A stretch of DNA of 59,931 nucleotides. Origin: Candidatus Pacearchaeota archaeon (GTDB lineage: Archaea; Nanobdellota; Nanobdellia; Pacearchaeales; GW2011-AR1). Positions 9,126 through 18,172 of this stretch are shown one piece after another. A program made the position numbers and the translations under genes. Location: the NCBI GenBank assembly GCA_027021195.1, contig JALUUW010000018.1, positions 1 to 59,931 of the forward strand. Direction: 5' to 3'. Within the stretch, counting starts at the first letter, position 1. Every line of letters starts with the position of its first letter. The notes below the pieces were generated by a model. The model saw nothing but the letters and a program-made list of their open reading frames with translations, was not told the origin of the DNA and did not search any database.

Positions 9126-10166
9126 TCAAAACCAGGCATCCAGGCCTTTTTGTTTTGCTTTTTCCTGAATCTCTCTTAATTTTTCAAGCTGTTTTTCAAC
9201 TCTCTCTTTAGAAAAGTCATGCTCCTCAACAAGAATTCTTTTTATTTTTTCCTCATTAATTTTTTCAAACTTAATCTCAGCATCCTCAACTTTCGGCTTG
9301 TGAAACATCTCAAAAATCTCTCTCCAGTCAAACCTGTCCTGCTCAGAAAGACTCATAAGCTTCTCTTCAACGCTTTTGAAGATTAGCACAGGCTGTTTGT
9401 AGCGCCTCACTATTTCAAGGGCTTTTTTCTGTCCAATTCCTGGAATTCCTTTAGGATTGTAATCTGTCCCTACAAGGATTCCGAGGCAAATCAACTGGTC
9501 AAGGCCTATTTCCAAAACATCCAGAACCCTCTCAAGATCTATAAGCTCTGGCTTTATTTCAACCCATCCTGAAAAAGTCTTTCTTCTTCTTGCTAAAGTA
9601 AGGTTTTGTATAAGCCTTGGGGCTCCAAAAAGCAGGCTGTCATAATCCTGGCTTGCGCTTGCATAAATGCTTTCATTATGCCTGCAAAGATATGCTGCCT
9701 CTGCCTCTCCTTCGCTTGGAGCCTGAATAACAGCAATCCCCATTGCCATTAAAAGCTCCATGCTTTCCTGAATCATCTCACTGTCAAGCTTTGCAAGCTG
9801 GCTGCTGTATCTCCTCATTGCCTCTAAATCAGACTCCTGTCTTGCTTTTTTATATCTTTCTTCTGCAAGCTCCTTTATTCCTGCCCTTTTTTCATGAGTT
9901 TTCCACTTCAGTTCAGGAGGCTCGCCATCAAAAACATAAACAAGCTTTATCCCCTCTGCAAGAAGATTTATATTTCTGTAGAAAATCCCTGAGAGGTGGC
10001 TTGTTACTCTTTTCCTGCTGTCCATTAAAGGCGTTCCGTCAGGCTGCCTTATAGTGGAAAGAAACTGATAAAGAGTATTAAATGCATCAACACAAATTGT
10101 TTTTCCTTTCAGGTCTGAAAGCTCTATTTCCTTTCTGGGAATAATATCCCTTATGTTTAATCCCAT
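9126..10166 (-). CDS. fen: Flap endonuclease 1 (FEN1)
   Basis: 346 aa with XPG-N/XPG-I architecture, the H3TH motif GIPGIGQKKA and a C-terminal PIP-like tail GLDAWF. Confidence 0.9.
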   Translation of the reverse strand: MGLNIRDIIPRKEIELSDLKGKTICVDAFNTLYQFLSTIRQPDGTPLMDSRKRVTSHLSGIFYRNINLLAEGIKLVYVFDGEPPELKWKTHEKRAGIKELAEERYKKARQESDLEAMRRYSSQLAKLDSEMIQESMELLMAMGIAVIQAPSEGEAEAAYLCRHNESIYASASQDYDSLLFGAPRLIQNLTLARRRKTFSGWVEIKPELIDLERVLDVLEIGLDQLICLGILVGTDYNPKGIPGIGQKKALEIVRRYKQPVLIFKSVEEKLMSLSEQDRFDWREIFEMFHKPKVEDAEIKFEKINEEKIKRILVEEHDFSKERVEKQLEKLREIQEKAKQKGLDAWF

Positions 10167-10196
10167 GAATAATAATGTAAAGAGAAATATAAAAAA

Positions 10197-10544
10197 TTAT
10201 TCTTTATATGAATTGACTATTTTCTTTGCTTCAAGGACTTTTTTTGTAAAATCTCCCTTAGTGTCTGAAAATCCTCCATAAGTTTCTAACAATCTCTTTT
10301 TGTCTTCTGGAGTTAAGTTTCCTTTTTTAACATAATTCCCTATTTCTCTTAAAAAAAGTCCTGCAGTATGGTATCTTGCTAATTCCTTCTGCTCAATCAT
10401 CCACTTAGCATCCCCAATTATCTGAGATATGTCGCTTCTGTCCATATTTTTCAAAGCTCTTCTGGCAGCAGCCCTCTCTTCCGGTGTTGCCAGTTTCCAT
10501 TCTCGGCCTATGCCATCTCTCCCGTCATCATACTCTCTGTCCAT
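10197..10544 (-). CDS. Hypothetical protein (115 aa)
   Basis: Clean ORF with its own TATA-like box about 30 nt upstream. No motif recognised. Confidence 0.5.
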   Translation of the reverse strand: MDREYDDGRDGIGREWKLATPEERAAARRALKNMDRSDISQIIGDAKWMIEQKELARYHTAGLFLREIGNYVKKGNLTPEDKKRLLETYGGFSDTKGDFTKKVLEAKKIVNSYKE

Positions 10545-10630
10545 AATGTAACCACTAATAAAGAGTATATAAATCTTGCTATTCCAGGCCCTTATGGAAT
10601 ATTTATAAAATCAGGTTAGCCTTAAAGTGC

Positions 10631-10738
10631 ATGAAACAAGAAAACAGATTAGAAAAAGAAATTAAGAGATTTGACTGGAAAGAGTGGACGCCTTTTATCG
10701 GAATATACTTTGCTCTAAGAAATATTTCAAAAGGATAA
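10631..10738 (+). CDS. Possible small protein (35 aa, MKQENRLEKEIKRFDWKEWTPFIGIYFALRNISKG)
   Basis: ATG ORF in an otherwise empty 206-nt gap, with ATTTATAAAA about 30 nt upstream. Below the ORF-track cutoff. Confidence 0.25.
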   Translation: MKQENRLEKEIKRFDWKEWTPFIGIYFALRNISKG

Positions 10739-10750
10739 GAATCCTCTTTT

Positions 10751-11080
10751 TCATAAGTTATCAGAGGCGCTGGCTGTTGCTTCCCTAATTATCTCTGGCG
10801 GAATTCCTTTTTCCCTTAAAGTCTTCTCTGCGCTTTGTATACACCTTTCCAGATATGCTCCGCAAATCCTGACCAATTCATATCCGCTTGCCTTGCAATA
10901 GAATTCTTCCCAGCTTGAATCATCTGCAAAAGATGTTTCAATAATCTCAGTGCAACTCCTCTTTATACCTGAGATATTATCAAGAATTCCTGTCAGATAC
11001 TCTCTCCTATGTTCAGAAATGTTTTTCTGCAATTCAGCTTCTATAGAATCTGCATCAATTATTGCTGTTAATACTTTCAT
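10751..11080 (-). CDS. Hypothetical Cys-containing protein (109 aa)
   Basis: Starts 12 nt downstream of the 79-aa ORF, in the HerA-like operon. No motif recognised. Confidence 0.45.
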   Translation of the reverse strand: MKVLTAIIDADSIEAELQKNISEHRREYLTGILDNISGIKRSCTEIIETSFADDSSWEEFYCKASGYELVRICGAYLERCIQSAEKTLREKGIPPEIIREATASASDNL

Positions 11081-11092
11081 TGTAAAATGTTT

Positions 11093-11332
11093 TTATTTAG
11101 GACAAAAAACATCAATTTCTCTTCTTAATTCTTCTAAATTTTTTAACTGTTCCTGATTCCTCTTAAGCCCTCCTGATAAACAGAGAGTTGCTTCATCACC
11201 TTCCCATTCGATTTCCTTTTGATTTCCATACCCGCATTCTTCTGCATAGCATCTGAGAATCTTCTTATCGCCATACACTTCTCTTCGTACCTTCTTTCCA
11301 TCTCTAAACACTTCGCAATATTCTTCCACCAT
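11093..11332 (-). CDS. Hypothetical Cys-containing protein (79 aa)
   Basis: Starts 34 nt downstream of the HerA-like ATPase on the same strand. Confidence 0.45.
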   Translation of the reverse strand: MVEEYCEVFRDGKKVRREVYGDKKILRCYAEECGYGNQKEIEWEGDEATLCLSGGLKRNQEQLKNLEELRREIDVFCPK

Positions 11333-11366
11333 ATTGCCACTACATAGTTACAGTATTTAAACTTTT

Positions 11367-12677
11367 CTAAAGCCTTTTTTCTCCCTTTACAGCTGTAGGA
11401 GCCTCTCCGCCATGCCAGGTAAATCTCGGCCTTACCCTCATAGGATAGATTCTTTCTGAATTATCATCAAGAATTATTGCCGACCCCTTCAGCGCAGGAA
11501 GGTCATCCATATATTTTTTAATGCTTTCAAGGAGATAGCTCTGCATAATGTAATTCAAAGCTTCAAGATCCGGCTGGCTGGTAACTCTGTGCGCCATGAC
11601 AATATCTGACTGAGTCATTACATCTCTATGAATCTGTCCTGGCTGCTGCGTGGCAAGAACAAGCGAGATTCCTGGTTGCCTTCCTTCTCTGAGCAACTGG
11701 ACAAGCGCATCTGTTGCAATTGTTTTTCCATTCAAAGGAAGAAATTCGTGAGCCTCATCTATGAACATCCAGACAAGAGGGTTCTCCTTTTTTTCATTCA
11801 GAGATAGAAAATCAAGGTTTTTTGATACAGATTCAATTTCTTCTTTCTTTCTTGCATCCATTCTCTGATTAAAAATCTTTTTTGACACTAAGCTTATAAC
11901 AAGGGCCCTTACATTAAATGCTCCTACAGAATTATAAACACTCAAATCCAGGACTGATGTTTTTCCTGCATTAACAAGATCATTTACTCTTGTTGCATCT
12001 TCACTGCCTCTTGCAAATATTCCCCATGAATCAGCAGCCTCAAACATTCCTATTGCGGCATTTTTAACATCTCTTGAAGTTTTGTCATCACTCTCAATCA
12101 TATTTATTATATCTTTAATCCCAAAGCTGCTTTTTTTCTTTAGTTCGCTGATCGTCCTTTCAATAATAATTGATACAGGATTTATCATATCAAGTCCGAA
12201 GGTGATAATCCAGTCCTCAGGATTGAGTTCTGCAACATCCAGTGCGAATTTCTCGTCAGCAGGAATTCCTTTTTCAAGATATTCTTCATAATGTCCGAAC
12301 GGAACAAAAACTTTCACAGGAAGATTTTTTGAATTTAGCTTCCATTCCCGAAGAAGCTCTTTATCTTTTTCATTGGAGAATTTCATTGTCCAGTAAATCC
12401 CCATTGTATCAAAAATAATTGATGCAATATTCTGGCTTATGTCTTTTGGAAGATTTGAAAGTTCTTCTGCTATCACTCCAAGCGTATAGCTTTTTCCAGA
12501 CCCTCTTTTTCCAGCCACCAGAATAACATGGCTCTTTGCAACATCCATAAAAATATTGTTGCTTAAAGAAGTATAATGCCCCATCCTCACATACCCTTTC
12601 CCTACAAAAACAAGGCCATTTTTTCCAAGTGCTTTTTTGTCAGATTCATCTCTCCCGATTATTATGTCATAAGGCAT
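11367..12677 (-). CDS. HerA/FtsK-like P-loop ATPase (DUF87-type)
   Basis: Walker A GKRGSGKSYT, Walker B FIDEAHEF, and an ATQQPG...MAHRVTS block typical of HerA-family ATPases. 436 aa. Confidence 0.75.
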   Translation of the reverse strand: MPYDIIIGRDESDKKALGKNGLVFVGKGYVRMGHYTSLSNNIFMDVAKSHVILVAGKRGSGKSYTLGVIAEELSNLPKDISQNIASIIFDTMGIYWTMKFSNEKDKELLREWKLNSKNLPVKVFVPFGHYEEYLEKGIPADEKFALDVAELNPEDWIITFGLDMINPVSIIIERTISELKKKSSFGIKDIINMIESDDKTSRDVKNAAIGMFEAADSWGIFARGSEDATRVNDLVNAGKTSVLDLSVYNSVGAFNVRALVISLVSKKIFNQRMDARKKEEIESVSKNLDFLSLNEKKENPLVWMFIDEAHEFLPLNGKTIATDALVQLLREGRQPGISLVLATQQPGQIHRDVMTQSDIVMAHRVTSQPDLEALNYIMQSYLLESIKKYMDDLPALKGSAIILDDNSERIYPMRVRPRFTWHGGEAPTAVKGEKRL

Positions 12678-13009
12678 GATTAAAAAGAGGCAAAGATGTT
12701 TTTAATTGTTTTGCAATTTAAGGGAATTTATATTTAAATCATCTCAAAATAAGGATAAATGCCATGAAATTTGATAATCTCATCGACCATGGAAAAATAA
12801 CTTAAGAGATAGATGGCATATTAAAGACTATCCTGCAACAGAGATGAGAGAAACACCCTTCTTTCCACCTTCTTCATTAATTGAATGCATTTAAGCATAG
12901 CACAGCCTTTCTCTTCCTTCAAAAAGGTAATTAAAGAGATGGCTAAGTCTTATTTAAAGCAGTCTTTTGAGAAAAGTAATCTTTTAAAACTCAAATTCTT
13001 TTTAAGAAC

Positions 13010-14446
13010 ATGGATAAAAGCAAAAAAGCCTTTTCACCAGTAATTACCACTCTCATAATAATTTCTGTCTCTCTTCTCTCAATAGGGTTCGTATGGATTG
13101 TGGTAAAAAATATTGTGCAGGATGGAGCAGAGAATGTTTCCCTGAACAAACTTGTTCTTAGTGCAAAAATAGAGAAAATAAGCCTCAACGGCACTTCAAA
13201 TGAGGTGAAAATGACTCTAAAGAGGAATTCAGGAAGAGGGGATGTGAAAGGAGTAAAGTTCATTTTCAGCGATGGAATGAATACAGAGGTTATAGAAATG
13301 GATGCGGGCTTAAAAGAGCTTGAGAGAAAGGATTTTGAAATTCGGCTTGAAGAGCTGAATGTTTCTGGTTTGGAAGTTGTTTCAGTTGCACTTGTCTCGG
13401 AATCAGATTCAGGAGAAGAGATTGTCGGGGAAGTGGAATTTGTGGAGGTGAATAAAAATAAGAGCCCTGAAAATGCAGAGACAAATGGGGAAGGAGCCTC
13501 TCTTTACGAGCTTGGACCTGGAGATTATAATTTCTCCTTGCTTCATGAGGGGAGAATAAGGAGATACAAAGTCCATGTTCCAGAGTCTTATGACATGAAT
13601 AAGGAGACTCCTTTAATAATAGCCTTTCATGGCGGAGGTGGAAATGCAGATTCTGCTGTCGATTATTTTGAATTAAACAGCAAGTCTGACGAGGAGGGAT
13701 TCATAATAGCCTATCCTGAGGGAACAGGAAACAGCTTTGGAGGAAAGCTCTTTGCATCTTGGAATCCAGGAGAGTGCTGCGGAACCGATGGAGTTAATGA
13801 TACAGGATTTATTTCAGAGATGCTTGAAAAATTGCAGGAAAAATTCAATATAGACGAAAATAGGATTTTCTTAACAGGCGCTTCTAATGGAGCACAGATG
13901 GCCTATCGCGTCGCATGCGACATGCCTGATAAAATTGCTGCAATTGCTCCAGCACTCTCTCTTTTGCCTCTGGAAGAATGCAATGCTTCAAAGCCTTTTC
14001 CAGTAATGCACTTTGAGGGGACAGAAGATAATTGCAGCCCTTATGAAGGCGGAGAGGTTTGCGGAGTATGCCTTCAGAAATTCTTCCGAAGTATAGGGAT
14101 TAGAATAAAGTCTTATGCGTGGAAATGTCCTGCTGTTCTGGATTTTATTGAGGACCTTAGAAAGATGAACGGATGCTCAAATCAGACAGAGATAACCTAC
14201 AGCAACGGAAATGCCATATGCATAACTTATAAGGAATGCCTTGATAATGCAGATGTAACTTTATGCACTATAAACGGGCTTGGGCACTCATGGCCTGGAA
14301 AAAAGACTTATGAGATAGATGCCTGCAGAACCAGGCCAAATGGCTATGTATGCAGAAGATGGAAAGAGGCCATAGGGCCTTTAGACAGCGATATAATTGC
14401 AAATGACGCTATCTGGGAGTTTTTTAAGAAACATCCTTTGAATTAG
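13010..14446 (+). CDS. Secreted esterase of the PHB-depolymerase (LpqC-like) family fused to an archaeal class III (type IV pilin-like) signal peptide and Ig-like linker
   Basis: The N-terminus KKAFSPVITTLIIISVSLL resembles the archaeal pilin N-terminal domain. The C-terminal half carries FHGGGGN and the nucleophile elbow GASNGA, plus many Cys. Confidence 0.7.
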   Translation: MDKSKKAFSPVITTLIIISVSLLSIGFVWIVVKNIVQDGAENVSLNKLVLSAKIEKISLNGTSNEVKMTLKRNSGRGDVKGVKFIFSDGMNTEVIEMDAGLKELERKDFEIRLEELNVSGLEVVSVALVSESDSGEEIVGEVEFVEVNKNKSPENAETNGEGASLYELGPGDYNFSLLHEGRIRRYKVHVPESYDMNKETPLIIAFHGGGGNADSAVDYFELNSKSDEEGFIIAYPEGTGNSFGGKLFASWNPGECCGTDGVNDTGFISEMLEKLQEKFNIDENRIFLTGASNGAQMAYRVACDMPDKIAAIAPALSLLPLEECNASKPFPVMHFEGTEDNCSPYEGGEVCGVCLQKFFRSIGIRIKSYAWKCPAVLDFIEDLRKMNGCSNQTEITYSNGNAICITYKECLDNADVTLCTINGLGHSWPGKKTYEIDACRTRPNGYVCRRWKEAIGPLDSDIIANDAIWEFFKKHPLN

Positions 14447-14451
14447 TTTCA

Positions 14452-15642
14452 TTAATGCTTTTTCAAATAAGCAATCTCTTCTTCATCAAGCTTTAGCTCT
14501 TTTTGTATCTTCTGATTGCTTTTTATTATCTGCCTTATTATTGGAAATTCAGCCATTGCTCGCTTTTCCCCAATATGAACATATTTGGCGTATTTCATGG
14601 CTATTGATTTTTTCTTTGCTGTTCTCTGGTTATTGAGCCATATCTTCAGAATTCTTGACGGCTTTCTGTAGCTTGTAAAATTCCCTCTTGAGATTATAGA
14701 AGGATTTTTTGAAGCTGAAATTCCGTAACTCAATAAGATGTTTTCATAAACCAGAAATCTCCAGTATTGTTGCTTGTAAATTCTTCCTTTGAAAATATCT
14801 ACTCTGCTCAGTAAATCATAGGCTTTTGCAAGCTCTTCTCCCTTGTACTCGAGAGGAATGTTTTCCTCTATCCATAAGATTATCTCGTCTATCGGCATGT
14901 TTACTGAATCAAAAACTCTTAAAGTATCATTCACAGGATTTCCTTTAAAAACTGCTCTTAGTGCATTGAATATGTCTATTTCCTTGTTTCTTTCATCAAA
15001 AGAGATTTTGCTAATCTCAGATTTCTCTATCCCGGCAGCTGTCTGCAGGTCATTTACTGCTGCTCTCAAATCCCCTTTCGCATTAATTGCAATTCTTGTT
15101 AGAACATCATTTTCAATGAATTTGTTTTCTTTTTTTAATATACCAATAAGAATGCTCTTTATTGTCTTGTAGTCAATCTCCTTCAATTGAACAAGCTCTG
15201 ACTTCTTTCTTAGTGGAGCGAGTTTTTTCTGCCAGACATCATTTGCAGTTATAATTATAGGGTAGTTTGACAGCTCTATCAGCCTCAGTAATTCAGAAAT
15301 CCCTCCCCTGTCCTCAAATCCAGAGATTCCGTCAGCCTCATCAACAAGAATTATTTTTCCTTTTTTAACCAATGGCTGCTGCTCAAGCGCAGGCTTTAGA
15401 ACTTCATCAAGCTTGTTTTTTCCCCTAAAATCAGAAGCATTCAGCTCAAATATTTCTGCTCCTGATTCATTTGCAGCAACATGTGCAAGAGTTGTTTTTC
15501 CTGTTCCAGGAGGGCCGTGAAGAATTATTGCTTTTTTTCTGGAAGGGAAGTTTCTCAAAAATTCCATAACTTTCCCAACTGCGGGACTCTGGCCTTTAAC
15601 TTCATCAAAAATTTTAGGCCTGTGTTTTTCAGTCCATGGCAT
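14452..15642 (-). CDS. rfcL: Replication factor C large subunit
   Basis: MPWTEKHRP N-terminus, LHGPPGTGKTT, VDEADG. Directly downstream of rfcS. Confidence 0.8.
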   Translation of the reverse strand: MPWTEKHRPKIFDEVKGQSPAVGKVMEFLRNFPSRKKAIILHGPPGTGKTTLAHVAANESGAEIFELNASDFRGKNKLDEVLKPALEQQPLVKKGKIILVDEADGISGFEDRGGISELLRLIELSNYPIIITANDVWQKKLAPLRKKSELVQLKEIDYKTIKSILIGILKKENKFIENDVLTRIAINAKGDLRAAVNDLQTAAGIEKSEISKISFDERNKEIDIFNALRAVFKGNPVNDTLRVFDSVNMPIDEIILWIEENIPLEYKGEELAKAYDLLSRVDIFKGRIYKQQYWRFLVYENILLSYGISASKNPSIISRGNFTSYRKPSRILKIWLNNQRTAKKKSIAMKYAKYVHIGEKRAMAEFPIIRQIIKSNQKIQKELKLDEEEIAYLKKH

Positions 15643-15694
15643 TTTAATAATGAGTTGCTTTATTTATCAGGCAAAACGTCTTGAATAAACAGAT

Positions 15695-16654
15695 TCATTT
15701 CCCCAATCCTGCAAGCACAAATCCTGCAAGAAGAGATTCAAGCTGTATGAAAGGGTCTGATCCTTCAACAATTCTGAATTCAACCTCTCCTGTTTTTTCT
15801 GTCAGCCTGACTTTTATCTCTGGCTCTACAGGAAGGTTCCAGATTTCCTTCTGGATTGCCTTAATTACATCCTGCCCTGAGATGCTCTCTTTAAGCATAA
15901 TATCAAGAAGTTTTTCCCTTGACTTTTGGAAATCACCTGAAAGTGCATAATCAAGAACAACCCTGATGTCTTTTGGCCTTGTATTTGAGATTATTGTTGA
16001 AACAAGCTCAGAAGTTATTGAAGGAGAGATTGAGGCTGTTGACTGAAGTATGTTGATGCATCTTCTGCAGTCCCCCTCGCTTGCTTCATACAATGTTTCT
16101 ATTGAGTCAGGGGCGATTGTCAGATCTTCATTCTCCGCAATTCTGTAAATCACTCTCTCAATATCTTTTCTTTCAAGAAGCTTAAATCTTAGAATGACAC
16201 ATCTTGATTGAATCGGGTCTATAATCTTGCTCGAGTAGTTGCATGACAGGATAAACCTGCATGTTGATGAATAATTCTCCATGGTCCTTCTTAGCGCCTG
16301 CTGAGCCTCTGGAGTGAGAGCATCAGCTTCATCAAGAAATATGACTTTGAATGGCACGTTTCCAAGTGATTTTGTCCTTGCAAAATTCTTGACTTTTTCC
16401 CTTACAATATTAATCCCTCTTTCATCACTGGCATTTAGTTCAAGATAGTTATCTTTCCAGCTTTTCCCGTACAAACTTTTTACAATTATTAGCGCCAGAG
16501 TGGACTTTCCTGTCCCTGCAGGCCCTGCAAAAAGCAGATGAGGGATGTTCATTGAATTTGTCAGGGATTCAACTCTTTTTACAATGCCGTCTTGCCCTAC
16601 AACTTCAGAGAATTGAGAAGGCCTGAATTTCTCAGTCCAGATTTCGCTTGCCAT
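15695..16654 (-). CDS. rfcS: Replication factor C small subunit (no intein)
   Basis: FAGPAGTGKST, FLDEADALT, and the SRC motif in IQSRCVILRF. 319 aa. Confidence 0.9.
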   Translation of the reverse strand: MASEIWTEKFRPSQFSEVVGQDGIVKRVESLTNSMNIPHLLFAGPAGTGKSTLALIIVKSLYGKSWKDNYLELNASDERGINIVREKVKNFARTKSLGNVPFKVIFLDEADALTPEAQQALRRTMENYSSTCRFILSCNYSSKIIDPIQSRCVILRFKLLERKDIERVIYRIAENEDLTIAPDSIETLYEASEGDCRRCINILQSTASISPSITSELVSTIISNTRPKDIRVVLDYALSGDFQKSREKLLDIMLKESISGQDVIKAIQKEIWNLPVEPEIKVRLTEKTGEVEFRIVEGSDPFIQLESLLAGFVLAGLGK

Positions 16655-16715
16655 ACAATACTAGATTACAAATTGCTTATAAATATTTTGATGCTTGATT
16701 ATGATTGCCGGCATT

Positions 16716-17216
16716 TTAAATCTCAGAATTTGCCTTTAAAATCCCCTTTATTTCATCAATAATGGCTCCCTTTTTCCCTGATATGATTTTCTCTATTTTT
16801 CCTATTTTTGAATCATTTGCCCCCAACAATTCCGCCTTTTTCCTTAATTCCCTGTTTTTATCTCTAAGATTTTTAGAAAAATCAGACAATCTCCCATACT
16901 CTGCTCCTAATTTTTCATACTCGCTTTCCAGCTTCATAACCCTTGCTCTTTCCATTTCTGTTTCCTTCTTTCCCTCTTCTAACTCTTTTTCAAGGGATTT
17001 ATGCTCTTTAGAATAAGAATCAGTTATCCTTTCAACAACACCTATAACCTCATCTCCTGTTAATACAAGCTCTCCCAGATAATGGCCTAAACTGATAAAT
17101 TTTCTGTAGTCCTCAGGAAGCTCCTGCAGCTCTTTCAGGGAAAGTCCCTTAATTTTTGCCGAGAGGCTTATGTATTCATCAAAAATATCTGCAATCTCTT
17201 CCAAATCATAATCCAT
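16716..17216 (-). CDS. Hypothetical coiled-coil protein (166 aa)
   Basis: Charged heptad-like sequence in a clean ORF. Confidence 0.5.
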   Translation of the reverse strand: MDYDLEEIADIFDEYISLSAKIKGLSLKELQELPEDYRKFISLGHYLGELVLTGDEVIGVVERITDSYSKEHKSLEKELEEGKKETEMERARVMKLESEYEKLGAEYGRLSDFSKNLRDKNRELRKKAELLGANDSKIGKIEKIISGKKGAIIDEIKGILKANSEI

Positions 17217-17274
17217 GTTACCTTTATTAAGGGCTTCTTTTTATAGATTGTTATCATAAAAAATATATTTAAAA

Positions 17275-17391
17275 TCACTTGCTTCTGGCTCTTCTTACTT
17301 TCCTCTTGTGCTTTTCTTTTCTTAGCCTTTTACGCTGCCATTTCCAGCGCATCTGCCTTTTTTTCTTCCACCTTCTTGATGAGCGTTTCAT
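17275..17391 (-). CDS. rpl41e: Ribosomal protein eL41 (38 aa, MKRSSRRWKKKRQMRWKWQRKRLRKEKHKRKVRRARSK)
   Basis: Hand-translated ORF below the track cutoff. The extreme K/R/W composition and the RWKKK.QMRWKW pattern match archaeal L41e. Confidence 0.7.
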   Translation of the reverse strand: MKRSSRRWKKKRQMRWKWQRKRLRKEKHKRKVRRARSK

Positions 17392-17497
17392 AGTAAAAAT
17401 TTAGAGAAAATGGTTTTTAAAGGTTGTTGTTTTATGGATTGTCTGACAAAATCAGATTAAAGGGTGATTTTAAATACTTTTATGTTTTGTTTACACT

Positions 17498-18172
17498 ATG
17501 AAAGAAAAAAGCATTCATAAATTTGACAAGCCTTCTGTGAGTGTTGATATAGTCATATTTACTATTCAGGATAATGAGCTTAAAGTCCTTCTTGTTAATA
17601 GAGGCATTGAGCCGTTTAAGGGGAAATGGGCAATTCCGGGAGGGTTTGTAAGGATTGGTGAGTCTCTGGAAGATGCTGCAATGCGCGAGCTGGAGGAAGA
17701 AACAGGAGTTAAGGATGTCTATCTTGGGCAGCTATACACTTTTGGCAATCCAAAGCGTGACCCAAGAGGAAGAGTAATAACTGTAACTTATATGGCTCTT
17801 GTAAACTCTGACAGGATTAAGCTTCATGCAGCAAGCGATGCTTCAGAGGCAGAGTGGTTTTCAGTAAGAAAGCTTCCATCTCTGGCCTTTGACCATAGAA
17901 AAATCCTTGATTATGCCCTTAAGAGGCTTAAATGGAAATTTGAATACACTACTGTCGCATTTTCACTTCTTCCTAAAAAATTTCCAATCAGCCATGTTCA
18001 GAGAATCTATGAGATAGTTTTTAATAAAAAATTTGACAAAAGAAACTTCAAGAAAAAACTGCTCTCTCTGAATATTCTGAAAGAAGAAGGAATAAAAAAA
18101 GATGTTTCTCACAGGCCCCCTATGCTCTATTCATTAAAGAAGAATATAGGGGAAATTGTTGAGATATTGTAG
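17498..18172 (+). CDS. Nudix hydrolase with a C-terminal winged-helix domain (NrtR/ADP-ribose pyrophosphatase-like)
   Basis: Nudix box GGFVRIGESLEDAAMRELEEETGV. The C-terminal FEYTTVAFSLLPKKF...NFKKKL region resembles the NrtR wHTH. Confidence 0.8.
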   Translation: MKEKSIHKFDKPSVSVDIVIFTIQDNELKVLLVNRGIEPFKGKWAIPGGFVRIGESLEDAAMRELEEETGVKDVYLGQLYTFGNPKRDPRGRVITVTYMALVNSDRIKLHAASDASEAEWFSVRKLPSLAFDHRKILDYALKRLKWKFEYTTVAFSLLPKKFPISHVQRIYEIVFNKKFDKRNFKKKLLSLNILKEEGIKKDVSHRPPMLYSLKKNIGEIVEIL

